Counted from the first letter of the stretch, positions 1-11,626 are shown. The stretch: 57,333 nucleotides of DNA from Candidatus Omnitrophota bacterium (GCA_903861305.1 CAIOTT010000045.1:1-57333); one strand, 5' to 3'. Made by a program: numbers and translations. The notes: generated by a model from the letters alone, not told the origin.

Positions 1-595
1 CATCATTCAATAATTACGAGGTTGAGCACGATTTTTCGAACATCGGGCGGCGTATCATGCTGCTGAATGCCCGGCAGATCGAAATGGCGAAGGGTAAAGA
101 ACGTGTCATCCTCCTCGCTATTGAGGATATTACCGTGCGCCGTGAAATTGAGAACGGCCTGGAAAAAGCCCGTTTGGACCTGGAAACGACCAAAATTTCA
201 GAAGATGCCGCCCGCGAATATGCGGAGAGCATCATTAACACCGTGCGTGAGCCTTTGATCACGCTGGACCACGATCTCAGGGTGGTGTCTGTCAGCCGGT
301 CATTCTATGATCTTTTCAAGGTCAACCCCCAGGAGACCGTGGGGCAGTTGATCTATGACCTGGGCAACAAGCAATGGGATATCCCCAAGTTGCGGGAACT
401 TTTGGAGAACATCCTTCCGCAACAAGCATCATTCAATAATTATGAGGTTGAGCACGACTTTTCGACCATCGGTCGGCGCATCATGCTGCTGAATGCCCGG
501 CAGATCCAAAGGGTGCAGGGTAAAGAGCGTGTCATTCTCCTTGCCATTGAGGATATTACCGTGCGCCGTGAGATCGAGAACGGCCTGGGGAAAGC
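1..595 (+). repeat. Tandem intragenic duplication of a PAS module, period 426 nt (142 aa)
   Basis: 1-~169 is nearly identical to 427-~595 (catcattcaataatta[c/t]gaggttgagcacga ... gagaacggcctgg). Confidence 0.9.
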
Positions 596-1343
596 GCATG
601 ATGAGCTGGAGGTCCTGGCGGCCGAATTGAAACGCCTGGCGCGCGTCAAGGCGGAGTTCCTTGCCAATATGTCACATGAGCTGCGGACACCCCTCAATTC
701 CATCAACGGTTTTTCCGAAGTGCTCTTCGACGAGACGTTCGGGCCGCTCAATGAAAAGCAGAAGAAATATGTCAATAATGTTCTGACCAGCGGCAAGCAC
801 CTGCTGCTATTGATCAACCAGATCCTTGACATGGCCAAGGTCGAAGCCGGGAAGATGACGCTGGCCTTGACGATCCTGCCGACCAGAACGCTGTTGAATG
901 AGCTCTCCATGCTGATAGCGGACATGGTCACCAAAAAGAAGATCGAATTGCTGGTCGAAATGCCCGTGAACCTCCCGGAGATCGAGGCGGATGAGCTTAA
1001 GGTCAAGCAGATCATCTACAACCTGCTGTCCAACGCGGTCAAGTTCACCCCCGAGGGCGGGAAGATCGGGATGCGGGCAAAGAAACTGAATGGCGAGATC
1101 GAGATCCAGGTCTGGGATTCGGGGGTCGGTATCGCTGCCGAGAATATGGAAAAGATATTTGAAGGGTTTTTCCGTGTGGATACACCGTATTCCCGGATAA
1201 CCGAAGGGACCGGGTTAGGTCTGCCGCTCTCCAAAAAACTGGTGGAGCTGCATGGCGGCAAATTCATCGTTGAGTCAGCGGGCCTGGATAAAGGCACACT
1301 GGTCCGGTTCACGCTGCCTATCGCTCACAAAAAGGCGGTTTAG
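1..1343 (+). CDS. Multi-PAS sensor histidine kinase (5'-truncated by window edge)
   Basis: Frame is open from position 3 (SFNNYEVEHDF...). Repeated PAS units, H-box FLANMSHELRTPLN, N-box NLLSNAVKF, G boxes DSGVG and GTGLGL. Confidence 0.9.
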   Translation, partial: SFNNYEVEHDFSNIGRRIMLLNARQIEMAKGKERVILLAIEDITVRREIENGLEKARLDLETTKISEDAAREYAESIINTVREPLITLDHDLRVVSVSRSFYDLFKVNPQETVGQLIYDLGNKQWDIPKLRELLENILPQQASFNNYEVEHDFSTIGRRIMLLNARQIQRVQGKERVILLAIEDITVRREIENGLGKAHDELEVLAAELKRLARVKAEFLANMSHELRTPLNSINGFSEVLFDETFGPLNEKQKKYVNNVLTSGKHLLLLINQILDMAKVEAGKMTLALTILPTRTLLNELSMLIADMVTKKKIELLVEMPVNLPEIEADELKVKQIIYNLLSNAVKFTPEGGKIGMRAKKLNGEIEIQVWDSGVGIAAENMEKIFEGFFRVDTPYSRITEGTGLGLPLSKKLVELHGGKFIVESAGLDKGTLVRFTLPIAHKKAV

Positions 1344-1344
1344 A

Positions 1345-1710
1345 ATGAAGAAGATCGCACTCGTTGTTGACGACAATGCCAATAATCTCCTGCTGGAAAA
1401 GGATCTTCTTGAGGTGGCCGGGTTTGAGGTGTTCCAGGCTGATAACGCCACTGACGGCATCGCTATTGCCAAAAGGGAACTGCCGGTGATCATCATCATG
1501 GATGTACGGCTTCCGGATATGCGCGGGTATGAAGCTGCCAAAATATTGCGCGATGACAAAGAAACCACTCATATCCCCATTGTGTTTGTGACCGCATCGG
1601 TGCTGGCCGAAGGCAACGATGATATCAAGAATATCACCAACAGCGGATTTATCGGCAAGCCGATCAACACACGCACGTTCGTCAGTGAGATCAGCCGTTT
1701 CCTGAACTGA
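1345..1710 (+). CDS. Single-domain response regulator (DivK/CheY-like)
   Basis: Start moved to ATG 1345 (MKKIALVVDD). Motifs IIMDVRLP, VTAS, GKP. Confidence 0.88.
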   Translation: MKKIALVVDDNANNLLLEKDLLEVAGFEVFQADNATDGIAIAKRELPVIIIMDVRLPDMRGYEAAKILRDDKETTHIPIVFVTASVLAEGNDDIKNITNSGFIGKPINTRTFVSEISRFLN

Positions 1711-1749
1711 TCGACCTGTTCATTAATTTTAACGGAAAAGAGATGGAAC

Positions 1750-2808
1750 ATGAAAGACCGATCTGTGATCCTGGCTGTTGATGACCAGCCTCAGAACATT
1801 GAACTTCTAGAAGCGTTCCTCGGCCCGGCGGGTTACCGGGTCGTGCCGGCAGATAGCGGGGAAAAAGCCCTGGAGGTGCTGGCGCAGGAGCTTCCGGATC
1901 TGATCCTTCTGGATGTGGTGATGCCGCGCATGAACGGTTTTGAGGTCTTGCGCAAATTGCGCGCCGATCCCCGGACCCAGTACATCCCGGTCATTATGCT
2001 GACGGCATTGAAAGGGATCGAAGACAGGGTCAGGGCCATTGAGGCGGGTTGTGATGATTTTCTTTCCAAGCCTTTTGACAAGGTCGAACTTCTGGCCAGG
2101 GTCAGGTCACTGGTAAGGATCAAGGCGTATCATGATCAATTGCTCGCGTATGAAAGCCGCCTTGAGACAGAAGTGGCCCATAAGACGGCCAAGCTTCAGC
2201 GGGCTTTGCTGGAAAAAGAACGCGCGTACCTGGAAACGATCTACAGCCTTTCGCGGGCATCAGAATACAGGGATGATAATACAGGCGCGCATATCCTGCG
2301 GATCAGCCTTTACACCAGGGTCATAGCCGTTAAGATCAGATTGAAAGAAAGGTTCACGAAAGTCCTTTTCCAGGCAGCTCCGATGCATGATGTCGGGAAG
2401 ATCGGCATTCCGGATGCCGTCCTGCTTAAACCGGGGAAATTGGACCTTGAAGAATGGGAGATCATGAAACGGCATTCTGCCATTGGAGCAAAGATCCTGA
2501 AAGGTTCCAAAGTCGGGGTGATCAGGATGGCGGAACGGATCGCGCTGACCCATCATGAGAAATGGGACGGCAGCGGATATCCCCTGGGATTAAAAGGCGA
2601 CCGGATCCCTTTGGCCAGCCGTATTGTGGCTATCGTGGATGTTTTTGACGCCCTTATTTCTGAGCGCCCTTATAAGAAGCCTTTCCCGCTGGAAAAAGTC
2701 TTCGAGATCCTCAAAGAGGGGGAAGGAACGCATTTTGACCCTCGCATGGTGAAAGCTTTCTTTGATTCCCAGGATGAAATACTCACGATCGCACAGCAGA
2801 ACAAGTAA
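1750..2808 (+). CDS. Response regulator with HD-GYP c-di-GMP phosphodiesterase domain (RpfG family)
   Basis: N-terminal REC domain; HDVGK and HHEKWDGSGYP motifs. Confidence 0.92.
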   Translation: MKDRSVILAVDDQPQNIELLEAFLGPAGYRVVPADSGEKALEVLAQELPDLILLDVVMPRMNGFEVLRKLRADPRTQYIPVIMLTALKGIEDRVRAIEAGCDDFLSKPFDKVELLARVRSLVRIKAYHDQLLAYESRLETEVAHKTAKLQRALLEKERAYLETIYSLSRASEYRDDNTGAHILRISLYTRVIAVKIRLKERFTKVLFQAAPMHDVGKIGIPDAVLLKPGKLDLEEWEIMKRHSAIGAKILKGSKVGVIRMAERIALTHHEKWDGSGYPLGLKGDRIPLASRIVAIVDVFDALISERPYKKPFPLEKVFEILKEGEGTHFDPRMVKAFFDSQDEILTIAQQNK

Positions 2809-2822
2809 AACCTTCAACTTCA

Positions 2823-2851
2823 TTGACGTAAAGCCTCCATTTCTCTATAAT
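2823..2851 (+). promoter_or_regulatory. Sigma70-type promoter upstream of acnA operon
   Basis: TTGACG (2823-2828), 17 bp spacer, TATAAT (2846-2851), then SD GAGGGG before ATG 2876. Confidence 0.75.
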
Positions 2852-2875
2852 CCTTAAACAAAACGAGGGGTGCTT

Positions 2876-5557
2876 ATGTCATTCGACCGGTCAAAGGTTG
2901 TTCAGGAACTTAAGATCTCGGGTAAGAAGTACCGTATCTTTTCGCTGTCGAAGCTTTCCCGGCATGGGTTTGGCGATGTTTCCAGGCTTCCTTTTTCCAT
3001 AAGGATCCTCCTGGAAAGCGCTGTCCGCAACTACGATGATTACCAGGTCACACTGGATGATATCAAGACCCTGGCTGGTTGGGCGCCCAAAGGGCCGCTG
3101 AAGGAGATCGCGTTCAAACCAGGGCGTGTGATCCTGCAGGATTTTACCGGCGTTCCCTGTGTGGTCGATCTTGCGGCCATGCGGGCCCAGATGAAGCGCA
3201 TGGGCGGCGATGTCAAAAAGATAAATCCCCAGGTCCAGTGCGACCTTGTCATTGACCATTCCCTCCAGGTCGATGCGTTCGGCACGGCCAAAGCGTTTGA
3301 CACGAATGTTGCCCTTGAGTTCAAGCGCAACAAGGAGCGTTATGAATTCCTCAAATGGGGCCAGGCCGCGTTCCGTAATTTCCGTGTCATCCCGCCGGCA
3401 ACAGGCATCATCCATCAGGTGAACCTGGAGTATCTGGCATCAGGCGTCCTTTCCAAGGACGATGTCCTTTATCCTGATTCCCTGGTGGGTACCGACAGCC
3501 ATACCACCATGATCAACGGGATCGGGATCGTGGGATGGGGCGTGGGTGGCATTGAGGCGGAATCCGTGATGCTGGGTGAACCGTTGTCGCTGGTGATGCC
3601 CCAGGTCATTGGCGTGTGCCTTTCGGGGAAGCTCAATAACGGGGTGACGGCCACGGACCTTGTTTTGACGATCGTCGAAATGCTGCGCAAGAGGGGTGTG
3701 GTTGACAAATTTGTTGAGTTTTTTGGCCCCGGGGTGAAGGGCCTTTCCCTGCCTGACCGCGCTACGGTGGCCAACATGTGCCCCGAATACGGCGCGACCA
3801 TCGGGATATTCCCGGTCGATGCCGAAACCATTTCTTTTTATACCAAGACAGGCCGTGCCCGTGAAGCGAAACTTGTCGAGTCCTATTACAAGGCCCAGGG
3901 CTTGTTCGATCCTTACAAGAAGAAGGCGCCTGAATTCAGCGATCTTCTGGAGCTCGACCTTGCTGCCGTGAAGCCGAGCCTGGCGGGCCCCAAGCGGCCG
4001 CAGGACCGCGTCCTTTTGTCTGACCTGAAGGAAACCTTTGCCGAGGCCTTGTCGGCGCCGGTGGGTCACAAGGGTTTCGGATTGTCCCCGGAGGATGTCG
4101 AGAAAGTTGAACCCGTTGCCGGCTCCAAGGACCTGGTGGCCCATGGCAGTGTGGTTTTGGCCGCGATCACCAGCTGCACGAACACATCGAACCCTTCGGT
4201 CATGCTCGGCGCCGGGATACTGGCGAAGAAGGCCGTGGCCAAAGGCTTGAAGGTCACGAAATTCGTCAAGACATCACTGACGCCTGGTTCCCAGGTCGTT
4301 GACGCCTACCTCAAGAAGAGCGGGCTGATGAAGTATCTTCAGGCGCTCGGGTTCCATAATGTGGGTTATGGTTGTGCGACGTGCATCGGCAACAGCGGGC
4401 CTTTGCCCGAGGCTGTGGCCGGGGCGGTCGAGAAAGGGAACCTGGTCGTTGCCAGTGTGTCATCAGGGAACCGGAATTTTGAAGGCCGCATCAATCCGCA
4501 TGTTAAGGCGAATTATCTTGCCTCACCGGTCCTGGTCGTGGCGTTTGCCATCGCTGGAACGGTGAACATCAATTTGGCCGAGGACCCGCTGGGCGTTGAC
4601 AAAAAAGGGAAACCTGTTTATCTTCGGGACATATGGCCCTCACGCGCGGAGGTTGACGCGGCGGTCAGGAAGTTCATTACGGCCGGGATCTTCAGCGGGA
4701 AATACAAGAATGCGCTCAAGGGCAATGCCCTGTGGAAGAAGGTCAAGTCCGTCGCGGGTGAACTTTACAGGTGGGATGAGGCCAGCACGTATATCCAGCA
4801 GCCACCGTATTTCGAGAATATGGCCCAGGGCTTGAGAAAGATCGAGGACATCAGGGACGCCCGTGCGCTTGTGCTGCTGGGTGACTCCATCACGACCGAC
4901 CATATTTCACCGGCTGGCAATATCTCCAGCGCCTCACCCGCGGGGAAATACCTTGTTTCGCTCGGTGTTGAGCCAAAAGACTTCAACAGTTACGGGGCCC
5001 GCCGCGGCAATGACCGCGTGATGGTCCGCGGCACGTTTGCCAATATCCGTTTGCGCAATAAACTGGCGCCTGAAACCGAAGGCTCGTGGACGACCCATTT
5101 TCCGACCGGTGAGAAGGTCAGTATCTTTGACGCCGCGACGCGTTATAAGAATGCGGGCACGCCGCTCATCGGCCTGGCCGGCAAGGAATACGGGACGGGT
5201 TCAAGCCGCGACTGGGCGGCCAAGGGCGCAGCCTTGCTGGGTATCAATGCCGTGATCGCGGAAAGTTTTGAAAGGATCCACCGCTCGAACCTGGCGGGGA
5301 TGGGGATCATGCCGATCCAGTTCAATCCGGGGGAGAACGCGGCGTCACTTGGCCTTGACGGCAGCGAGGTGTTCCATATCCAGGGATTGGACGAGAGCCT
5401 CAAACCGAGGCAGAAGGTCAGGGTCGCCGCGGTTTCTTTCGACGGAAAAAACAAGGAATTCACGGCCATTGTCAGGCTCGACACCCCTGTGGAGATCGAT
5501 TATTACCGCAACGGCGGTATACTCCAGACGGTGCTCAGAAAACTGGCGAAAGCCTAA
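2876..5557 (+). CDS. acnA: Aconitate hydratase A
   Basis: [67 protein letters not shown]. Confidence 0.97.
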   Translation: MSFDRSKVVQELKISGKKYRIFSLSKLSRHGFGDVSRLPFSIRILLESAVRNYDDYQVTLDDIKTLAGWAPKGPLKEIAFKPGRVILQDFTGVPCVVDLAAMRAQMKRMGGDVKKINPQVQCDLVIDHSLQVDAFGTAKAFDTNVALEFKRNKERYEFLKWGQAAFRNFRVIPPATGIIHQVNLEYLASGVLSKDDVLYPDSLVGTDSHTTMINGIGIVGWGVGGIEAESVMLGEPLSLVMPQVIGVCLSGKLNNGVTATDLVLTIVEMLRKRGVVDKFVEFFGPGVKGLSLPDRATVANMCPEYGATIGIFPVDAETISFYTKTGRAREAKLVESYYKAQGLFDPYKKKAPEFSDLLELDLAAVKPSLAGPKRPQDRVLLSDLKETFAEALSAPVGHKGFGLSPEDVEKVEPVAGSKDLVAHGSVVLAAITSCTNTSNPSVMLGAGILAKKAVAKGLKVTKFVKTSLTPGSQVVDAYLKKSGLMKYLQALGFHNVGYGCATCIGNSGPLPEAVAGAVEKGNLVVASVSSGNRNFEGRINPHVKANYLASPVLVVAFAIAGTVNINLAEDPLGVDKKGKPVYLRDIWPSRAEVDAAVRKFITAGIFSGKYKNALKGNALWKKVKSVAGELYRWDEASTYIQQPPYFENMAQGLRKIEDIRDARALVLLGDSITTDHISPAGNISSASPAGKYLVSLGVEPKDFNSYGARRGNDRVMVRGTFANIRLRNKLAPETEGSWTTHFPTGEKVSIFDAATRYKNAGTPLIGLAGKEYGTGSSRDWAAKGAALLGINAVIAESFERIHRSNLAGMGIMPIQFNPGENAASLGLDGSEVFHIQGLDESLKPRQKVRVAAVSFDGKNKEFTAIVRLDTPVEIDYYRNGGILQTVLRKLAKA

Positions 5558-5568
5558 ACGGAGTTGTT

Positions 5569-6981
5569 ATGGGAAAAACGATGTATCAGAAGATATGGGA
5601 CAGCCATCTTGTCCATACCGGCGGGGATGGCGGCTCCATCATTTATGTGGACCGTCAGTTCGTTCATGAGGTCACAAGCCCCCAGGCGTTCGAGGCCTTG
5701 AGGGAGGCGGGCAGGAAAGTCCACGCGCCTGAAAAAACTCTGGCGGTCATGGACCACAATGTCCCCACCACCAGCAGGGATATCGCGTCAACGTCCGCCA
5801 TATCACGTACCCAGATGGAACAGCTCAGTAAGAATTGCGCTGAATTCGGTATCCGCTGCCTTGCCCTTGAGGATGAGGATCAGGGTGTTGTCCATATTGT
5901 CGGGCCCGAGTTGGGGATCACCCAGCCCGGGATGGTCATTGTCTGCGGTGATTCGCATACCGCCACGCACGGAGCTTTCGGTTCACTGGCGTTCGGCATC
6001 GGCACGTCGGAAGTCGAGCATGTCCTTGCCACCCAGACCATCCAGCAGAAGCCATCGAAGACCATGCTGATCAATATCAATGGCGCTCTGGCGGAGGGTG
6101 TTACGCCCAAAGACGTGATCCTTTATATCATTGGCCTTATCGGCACGGCGGGTGCGACGGGTTATGTGATCGAGTATGCGGGTGAAGCGATCCGTGCCAT
6201 GAGCATGGAAGGACGCATGACGGTCTGCAACATGTCCATTGAAGCCGGAGCGCGCGGCGGGATGATCGCTCCGGATGAGAAGACGTTCACGTACCTCCAG
6301 GGCCGGGACAGCGCGCCCAAGGGGGATAATTGGGTCAAGGCGGTCACTTACTGGAAGACCGTGGCCAGCGACAAGGACGCGTCATTCGACAAGGTCATTG
6401 ATATCAAGGCCCAGGACATCGCGCCACAGGTCACCTGGGGGACCAGTCCCGGCCAGGTTGCCGCGGTCAGCGATGTTATCCCAAGCCCGAAACAGTTCAA
6501 GGACGCTGTTGAGCAGACTGCGGCGGCGAATGCATTGCGGTATATGGATCTGACGCCGGGGACGAATATCTCCGATATCAAGATCGACATCGTGTTCATC
6601 GGTTCCTGCACCAATGGCCGTATCGAGGACTTGCGCGCCGCGGCAACGGTCATCAAGGGCAAGAAAGTCGCCCATGGCGTTCAGGCGTTGATCGTTCCCG
6701 GGTCAGGGCGCGTGAAGCGCCTGGCCGAGCGGGAAGGCCTGGACAAGGTTTTCCTTGAGGCCGGGTGTGAGTGGCGTTATGCCGGTTGTTCCATGTGCCT
6801 GGCCATGAACGACGACCAGTTGAAACCGGGCCAGCGCTGTATTTCCACGTCGAACCGTAATTTTGAAGGCCGTCAGGGCCCGGGCGGGCGCACGCATCTG
6901 GCCAGTCCTGAAATGGCCGCCGCCGCCGCGGTGACAGGGCATATCACGGATATCAGGAAATTCCTGAAGAGAGGCAATTAA
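5569..6981 (+). CDS. leuC: 3-isopropylmalate dehydratase large subunit
   Basis: [55 protein letters not shown]. Confidence 0.97.
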   Translation: MGKTMYQKIWDSHLVHTGGDGGSIIYVDRQFVHEVTSPQAFEALREAGRKVHAPEKTLAVMDHNVPTTSRDIASTSAISRTQMEQLSKNCAEFGIRCLALEDEDQGVVHIVGPELGITQPGMVIVCGDSHTATHGAFGSLAFGIGTSEVEHVLATQTIQQKPSKTMLININGALAEGVTPKDVILYIIGLIGTAGATGYVIEYAGEAIRAMSMEGRMTVCNMSIEAGARGGMIAPDEKTFTYLQGRDSAPKGDNWVKAVTYWKTVASDKDASFDKVIDIKAQDIAPQVTWGTSPGQVAAVSDVIPSPKQFKDAVEQTAAANALRYMDLTPGTNISDIKIDIVFIGSCTNGRIEDLRAAATVIKGKKVAHGVQALIVPGSGRVKRLAEREGLDKVFLEAGCEWRYAGCSMCLAMNDDQLKPGQRCISTSNRNFEGRQGPGGRTHLASPEMAAAAAVTGHITDIRKFLKRGN

Positions 6982-6982
6982 C

Positions 6983-7594
6983 ATGCAACCTTTTAAGGCA
7001 CTTACCGGCATTGCAGCGCCGCTGGACCGTTCCAATGTCGATACCGACGCGATCATCCCCAAGCAGTTCCTCAAGAAGATCGAACGGACCGGTTTCGGCA
7101 AGCACCTGTTCCATGAATGGCGTTATCTTGATTATGAAGGAACGAAGGAAAATCCTGATTTCGTGCTGAACAAGGATCCTTTCCGCAAGGCGCAGATCCT
7201 CCTGGCGCGGGATAATTTCGGATGCGGGTCTTCACGGGAACACGCGCCCTGGGCGCTCAGCGACTTCGGGTTCCGGTGTGTCATCGCCCCGAGTTTTGCC
7301 GATATTTTTTACAGCAACTGCATCAAGAACGGGCTTCTTCCGGTCCGTTTGAAGCCCGAAGAGATGGATGAGCTTTTTGCCGTGGCGGATTTTGGAGCTT
7401 CGGGCCTTATCGCGGTCGACCTCGAAAACCAGGTTGTCGGCGCGGCCGGCAAGAAATTCCGGTTCCAGATCGAACCGTTCAACAAGGAATGTCTCCTTAA
7501 AGGTTTGGATCAGGTCGGCTGGACCCTTCAATATCAGGACAAGATCGCGGCTTATGAAGAAAAGCTCATGGCCGAGAAACCCTGGTTAAAATAA
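6983..7594 (+). CDS. leuD: 3-isopropylmalate dehydratase small subunit
   Basis: [28 protein letters not shown]; follows leuC. Confidence 0.97.
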   Translation: MQPFKALTGIAAPLDRSNVDTDAIIPKQFLKKIERTGFGKHLFHEWRYLDYEGTKENPDFVLNKDPFRKAQILLARDNFGCGSSREHAPWALSDFGFRCVIAPSFADIFYSNCIKNGLLPVRLKPEEMDELFAVADFGASGLIAVDLENQVVGAAGKKFRFQIEPFNKECLLKGLDQVGWTLQYQDKIAAYEEKLMAEKPWLK

Positions 7595-7605
7595 GGACAT
7601 CCCTT

Positions 7606-8670
7606 ATGGCTGGCAATATTTTTGGCAACATTTTTCGTGTGGCAACGTTCGGCGAAAGCCATGGCGCGGCCATCGGCTGTGTGATCGAAGGAGTTCCTCC
7701 CAACATCATCCTCTCTGAAAAAGACATCCAGGCCGACCTTGACCGGCGCAAACCCGGCCAAAGTGAGGTGACCACACCCCGCCAGGAAGGCGATGTCGTC
7801 GAGATCCTTTCCGGCGTTTTTGAAGGCCGCACGACGGGCACACCGCTGGCGCTGCTGATCCGCAACAAGGACCAGCATTCCGCTGATTACAATGACATTA
7901 AGGACGTGTTCCGTCCCGGCCACGCTGATTATACCTATACCCGCAAGTACGGCATCCGGGATCATCGGGGCGGCGGGCGTTCATCGGGACGCGAGACCGC
8001 GGCCCGCGTGGCGGCCGGCGCCGTGGCCCGAAAGGTGCTCGCGTTCGAAGGTATCCGTATCGTGGCGTACACGCTGGCCGTTGGCGATGTCCGCGCTGAA
8101 GAGATCGACCTTGATGCCATTGATCAGAACATCATGCGCGCGCCGGACCTCCTTAAGGCCCAGGCCATGATCGCGCTGGTCCAGGAAGCAAAACAGCAGG
8201 GCGATTCGCTGGGGGGTATCGTTGAAGCTGTTGTTTTGGGTTGTCCCGCCGGGCTGGGGGACCCTGTCTTTGACAAACTGGAAGCGAAGATCGCCCATGC
8301 GGTCATGTCGATCGGCGCGGTCAGGGGCATTGAATTCGGCGCCGGTTTTGCCGCGGCTAAAATGCGCGGCTCCGAGAACAATGATATTCCCGTTGTCGAG
8401 AACGACAAGGTGAAGAACCGGCATAATTATGCCGGCGGTATTGTCGGGGGTATCGCTAACGGCGACACCATCCGCTTCCGTGTCGCTGTCAAGCCGACGT
8501 CATCCATTGCAAAACAGCAGCTGGCCATAGCTACGGACCTTTCATCCAGGCATATCGAGATCAGCGGCCGGCATGACCCGTGCATTTGCCCGCGCATCGT
8601 TCCGGTCGTTGAAGCCATGACAGCTATTGTTTTGGCCGACGCTTATCTTATCCAGAAAACGATCCACTGA
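7606..8670 (+). CDS. aroC: Chorismate synthase
   Basis: TFGESHG, RPGHAD, RGGGRSSGRETAARVAAG, GRHDPC. Confidence 0.97.
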   Translation: MAGNIFGNIFRVATFGESHGAAIGCVIEGVPPNIILSEKDIQADLDRRKPGQSEVTTPRQEGDVVEILSGVFEGRTTGTPLALLIRNKDQHSADYNDIKDVFRPGHADYTYTRKYGIRDHRGGGRSSGRETAARVAAGAVARKVLAFEGIRIVAYTLAVGDVRAEEIDLDAIDQNIMRAPDLLKAQAMIALVQEAKQQGDSLGGIVEAVVLGCPAGLGDPVFDKLEAKIAHAVMSIGAVRGIEFGAGFAAAKMRGSENNDIPVVENDKVKNRHNYAGGIVGGIANGDTIRFRVAVKPTSSIAKQQLAIATDLSSRHIEISGRHDPCICPRIVPVVEAMTAIVLADAYLIQKTIH

Positions 8671-8676
8671 TCGGTT

Positions 8677-9546
8677 ATGACTGTTCGTTCCCGCGTTGTT
8701 CTGATCACAGGATGTTCCAGCGGCTTTGGCATGCTGGCAGCCCTTCGTCTAGCCGGCGCCGGGTGTTGTGTTTACGCGACCATGCGCGATCTCGGGAAAC
8801 GCGCTGCCATCGACGGGGAAGCGGCCCGCAGAGGGTGCAGCGCCAACATCCGTGTCCGTGCCCTTGATGTGACCGATACGGCTTCCATCAAGCGGGTCGT
8901 TGAAGAGATCATGACCGTGGACGGGCGCATCGATGTCCTGATCAATAATGCGGGGTTCGGGATCGGCGGGTTCTTTGAGGACCTTTCCGATGAGGACTGG
9001 CGCCGGCAGTTCGATACGAATTTCTTTGGTGTGCTTAATATGACGCGCGCGGTTGCTGCCAGGATGCGTTTGAGCTCCTCGGGGCGCATTATCAATATTT
9101 CCAGCATGGCGGCGTATTCCGGAACACCGGCTTTCAGCGCTTATGTCTCCAGCAAGTGGGCGCTGGAAGGTTTCTCCGAATGCCTTTATATGGAATTGAA
9201 ACCGTTCAATATCGACGTCATACTTGTTGAGCCGGGTTCTTACCGTACCCGTATATTTGAAGACAACGCGCGTTATGCCGAAGGTTTCTTTGAACCGAAC
9301 AGCCCATATTTCGCATTGAGCAGGCGGTTGAATGATTTTATTTCAGCGCGTGTCAAAAAGAATGAGCGTGATCCTGTAGACGTCGCGAAGCATATTGAGA
9401 ACATCGTCTTTACCGCGCATCCCAGATTTCGTAATATTATCGGGGTGGTGGCTAAATTGCGGGCATGGACGGTAAGGCATGTGCCGTTCGAGTTTTATGC
9501 CTGGACGGTACAAAAAGCGCTTTTTAACGGTAAGCCCCGTGCGTAG
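8677..9546 (+). CDS. SDR family oxidoreductase
   Basis: TGCSSGFG, NNAG, YVSSK (YxxxK). Confidence 0.92.
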   Translation: MTVRSRVVLITGCSSGFGMLAALRLAGAGCCVYATMRDLGKRAAIDGEAARRGCSANIRVRALDVTDTASIKRVVEEIMTVDGRIDVLINNAGFGIGGFFEDLSDEDWRRQFDTNFFGVLNMTRAVAARMRLSSSGRIINISSMAAYSGTPAFSAYVSSKWALEGFSECLYMELKPFNIDVILVEPGSYRTRIFEDNARYAEGFFEPNSPYFALSRRLNDFISARVKKNERDPVDVAKHIENIVFTAHPRFRNIIGVVAKLRAWTVRHVPFEFYAWTVQKALFNGKPRA

Positions 9547-9577
9547 ATCATAACAACCAACAACCTGGGACCGGCAT

Positions 9578-10417
9578 ATGTCTATCATCAAATTCAAGGC
9601 GAACAAGGATAAGTGCACGCTCTGCGGCCAGTGTGCCGCGGATTGCCCTGCGAATATCATTGCCATGACAGATAACGGGCCGCGCGTGGCGCCGGAGAAC
9701 GAAGCTTTATGTTACAAATGCCAGCATTGCCTTGCCGTATGCCCGACGGGCGCGGCATCTGTTCTTGGGCTTGACCCGGTGGACAGCACGTTGCTGGCGG
9801 GAACTTTCCCGACGGCTGTGCAGCTGGAGTCGCTCATCAAGGGGCGCCGTTCCGTGCGCCGTTACAAGGATGAGGACCTTTCACCGGAATTCATCCGTCA
9901 TCTTCTGGCGACAGCCCTGCATGCGCCCTCCGGCAGGAATGTGCGCAAGGTCCTTTTTACGGTCATCGACAATCGCGCCACGCTGGCCAAATTCCGCGCG
10001 AAAGCGCTTGAAGGCCTGGCGCGCGTTGCCCGGGAAGGAAAACTGCCGCCCGGAATGGAGCGTTTTGCCGATTTCCCCGTGCTTTGGGAGACCAAAAAGG
10101 TCGATGTCCTTTTCCGTGGCGCGCCGCATCTTGTTGTAGCCTCGGCTCCCAAAGATTGCGCGTCACCTCTGCAGGATTGCGTGATCGCTTTGTCGTATTT
10201 TGAGCTTCTGGCCCAAACTCAGGGTGTTGGTACGGTATGGGATGGCCTTGCCAAGTGGGTTATCGGCGACATCCTTCCGGGATTGCGCCTTGAACTTAAG
10301 ATCCCGGAAGACCACCTGATCGGTTACGCCATGGTCTTTGGTAAACCTGCCGTGAAATATTCCCGGACGGTCCAGCACGGGCCGGCCAATATCGTCACGG
10401 TCGATCTCCACGCGTGA
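9578..10417 (+). CDS. Nitroreductase family protein with N-terminal 2x[4Fe-4S] ferredoxin domain
   Basis: CTLCGQCAADCP and CYKCQHCLAVCP; RRSVRRY and APSGRN nitroreductase motifs. Confidence 0.9.
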   Translation: MSIIKFKANKDKCTLCGQCAADCPANIIAMTDNGPRVAPENEALCYKCQHCLAVCPTGAASVLGLDPVDSTLLAGTFPTAVQLESLIKGRRSVRRYKDEDLSPEFIRHLLATALHAPSGRNVRKVLFTVIDNRATLAKFRAKALEGLARVAREGKLPPGMERFADFPVLWETKKVDVLFRGAPHLVVASAPKDCASPLQDCVIALSYFELLAQTQGVGTVWDGLAKWVIGDILPGLRLELKIPEDHLIGYAMVFGKPAVKYSRTVQHGPANIVTVDLHA

Positions 10418-10427
10418 AAGGTCCCTT

Positions 10428-11297
10428 ATGCTGACACAAGAACTGAGAACCAAGGTTTTGGCAGCCCAGCGCCAGGAGATCACCGAGCGCATGGTTTATG
10501 TGGAGCTTGCGCGCACCGCCAGGAATAAAGCGCATGCCGACATCCTGGAAAAGATCGCGCTGGAAGAACTGGGCCATTACAATCACTTCAGGAGCATTAC
10601 GGGACAGGATGTTGGTCCGGACCGGTGGCAGGTCTTTTATTTCTCCTTCATCGGCAGGACGCTGGGGCTGAATTTCGGGCTCAAACTGATGGAGCAGGGA
10701 GAGCACCTGGCCCAGGAGATCTATGCGCATCTCAAGGCTGCCGCCCCTGACATTGAGGCTGTGATCAAGGATGAAGAGAAACATGAATTGATGCTCATTG
10801 ACCTGATCGAGGAAGATCGCCTGAAATATGTCAGTTCGGTCATCCTTGGGCTCAATGACGCGTTGATCGAACTCACCGCGACGGTGGCGGGTTTCACCCT
10901 CGCGCTGCAAAACACAAAACTCATCGGGATGCTGGGGCTCATCACCGGGATCGCGGCCGCGATGTCCATGGCCGCTTCCGAATACCTGGCGACCAAGCAT
11001 GAGGCGCAGGACAAGGATCCTTTCAAAGCATGCCTTTACACCGGCATTTCGTATATCGGCGTTGTCCTGGTGCTGGTCATGCCGTATTTATTGTTCACCA
11101 ACATCTTCCTCAGCCTTTTTCTGACTGTCCTTCTCGCGGTCATGACGATCTTCATTTTCACGTTTTACGTCTCTGTGGCGCAGGGTGAGGATTTCAAGGG
11201 CAAGTTCACCGAGATGGCGATCCTCAGCGTCACCATCACCGCGATCACGTTCCTGATAGGGATGGCAGCGAGGCATGTTTTCGGGGTCAGCGTATAA
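10428..11297 (+). CDS. Rubrerythrin/ferritin-like domain fused to VIT1/CCC1 Fe/Mn transporter (MbfA-like)
   Basis: ExxH pairs (EELGH, DEEKHE); VIT1 motifs ILGLNDAL and AMSMAASEYL. Confidence 0.85.
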   Translation: MLTQELRTKVLAAQRQEITERMVYVELARTARNKAHADILEKIALEELGHYNHFRSITGQDVGPDRWQVFYFSFIGRTLGLNFGLKLMEQGEHLAQEIYAHLKAAAPDIEAVIKDEEKHELMLIDLIEEDRLKYVSSVILGLNDALIELTATVAGFTLALQNTKLIGMLGLITGIAAAMSMAASEYLATKHEAQDKDPFKACLYTGISYIGVVLVLVMPYLLFTNIFLSLFLTVLLAVMTIFIFTFYVSVAQGEDFKGKFTEMAILSVTITAITFLIGMAARHVFGVSV

Positions 11298-11324
11298 CAC
11301 TAATGCGGTCGGGGAGTATCACGT

Positions 11325-11576
11325 ATGGTCCTTGAATTGTTCGGCTGGCTGGGGACGTCCCTTTTTGTCATCGCGTATTACCTGGTGTCCTGCGGAAAAA
11401 TGAAGGTCGAAGGCCGGTCCTACCAGATCATGAATCTTGCCGGGGCTGTGGCTGTCGGCGCGAGCGTCCTTCCCAAACACGCCTGGCCGGCGTTTTTTTT
11501 GGAGGTCATCTGGGGTGGTATTGCGTTCACGGCGTTGCTGAGGACAATTTCTTTGCAACAGCCCCGAGGCAAGTGA
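11325..11576 (+). CDS. Small membrane protein (CBU_0592-like)
   Basis: Three hydrophobic segments with GWLG..AY..YQIMNLAGA pattern; SD GGGGAG. Confidence 0.7.
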   Translation: MVLELFGWLGTSLFVIAYYLVSCGKMKVEGRSYQIMNLAGAVAVGASVLPKHAWPAFFLEVIWGGIAFTALLRTISLQQPRGK

Positions 11577-11595
11577 ATCAGAGGCCTCGGGTTTT
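11563..11595 (+). terminator. Putative intrinsic terminator ending the acnA operon
   Basis: Stem cccgaggc (11563-11570) / gcctcggg (11584-11591) followed by TTTT. The 13-nt loop is long. Confidence 0.5.
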
Positions 11596-11626
11596 AATCA
11601 TGAACCAAATAATGCCCGGCTATGCA

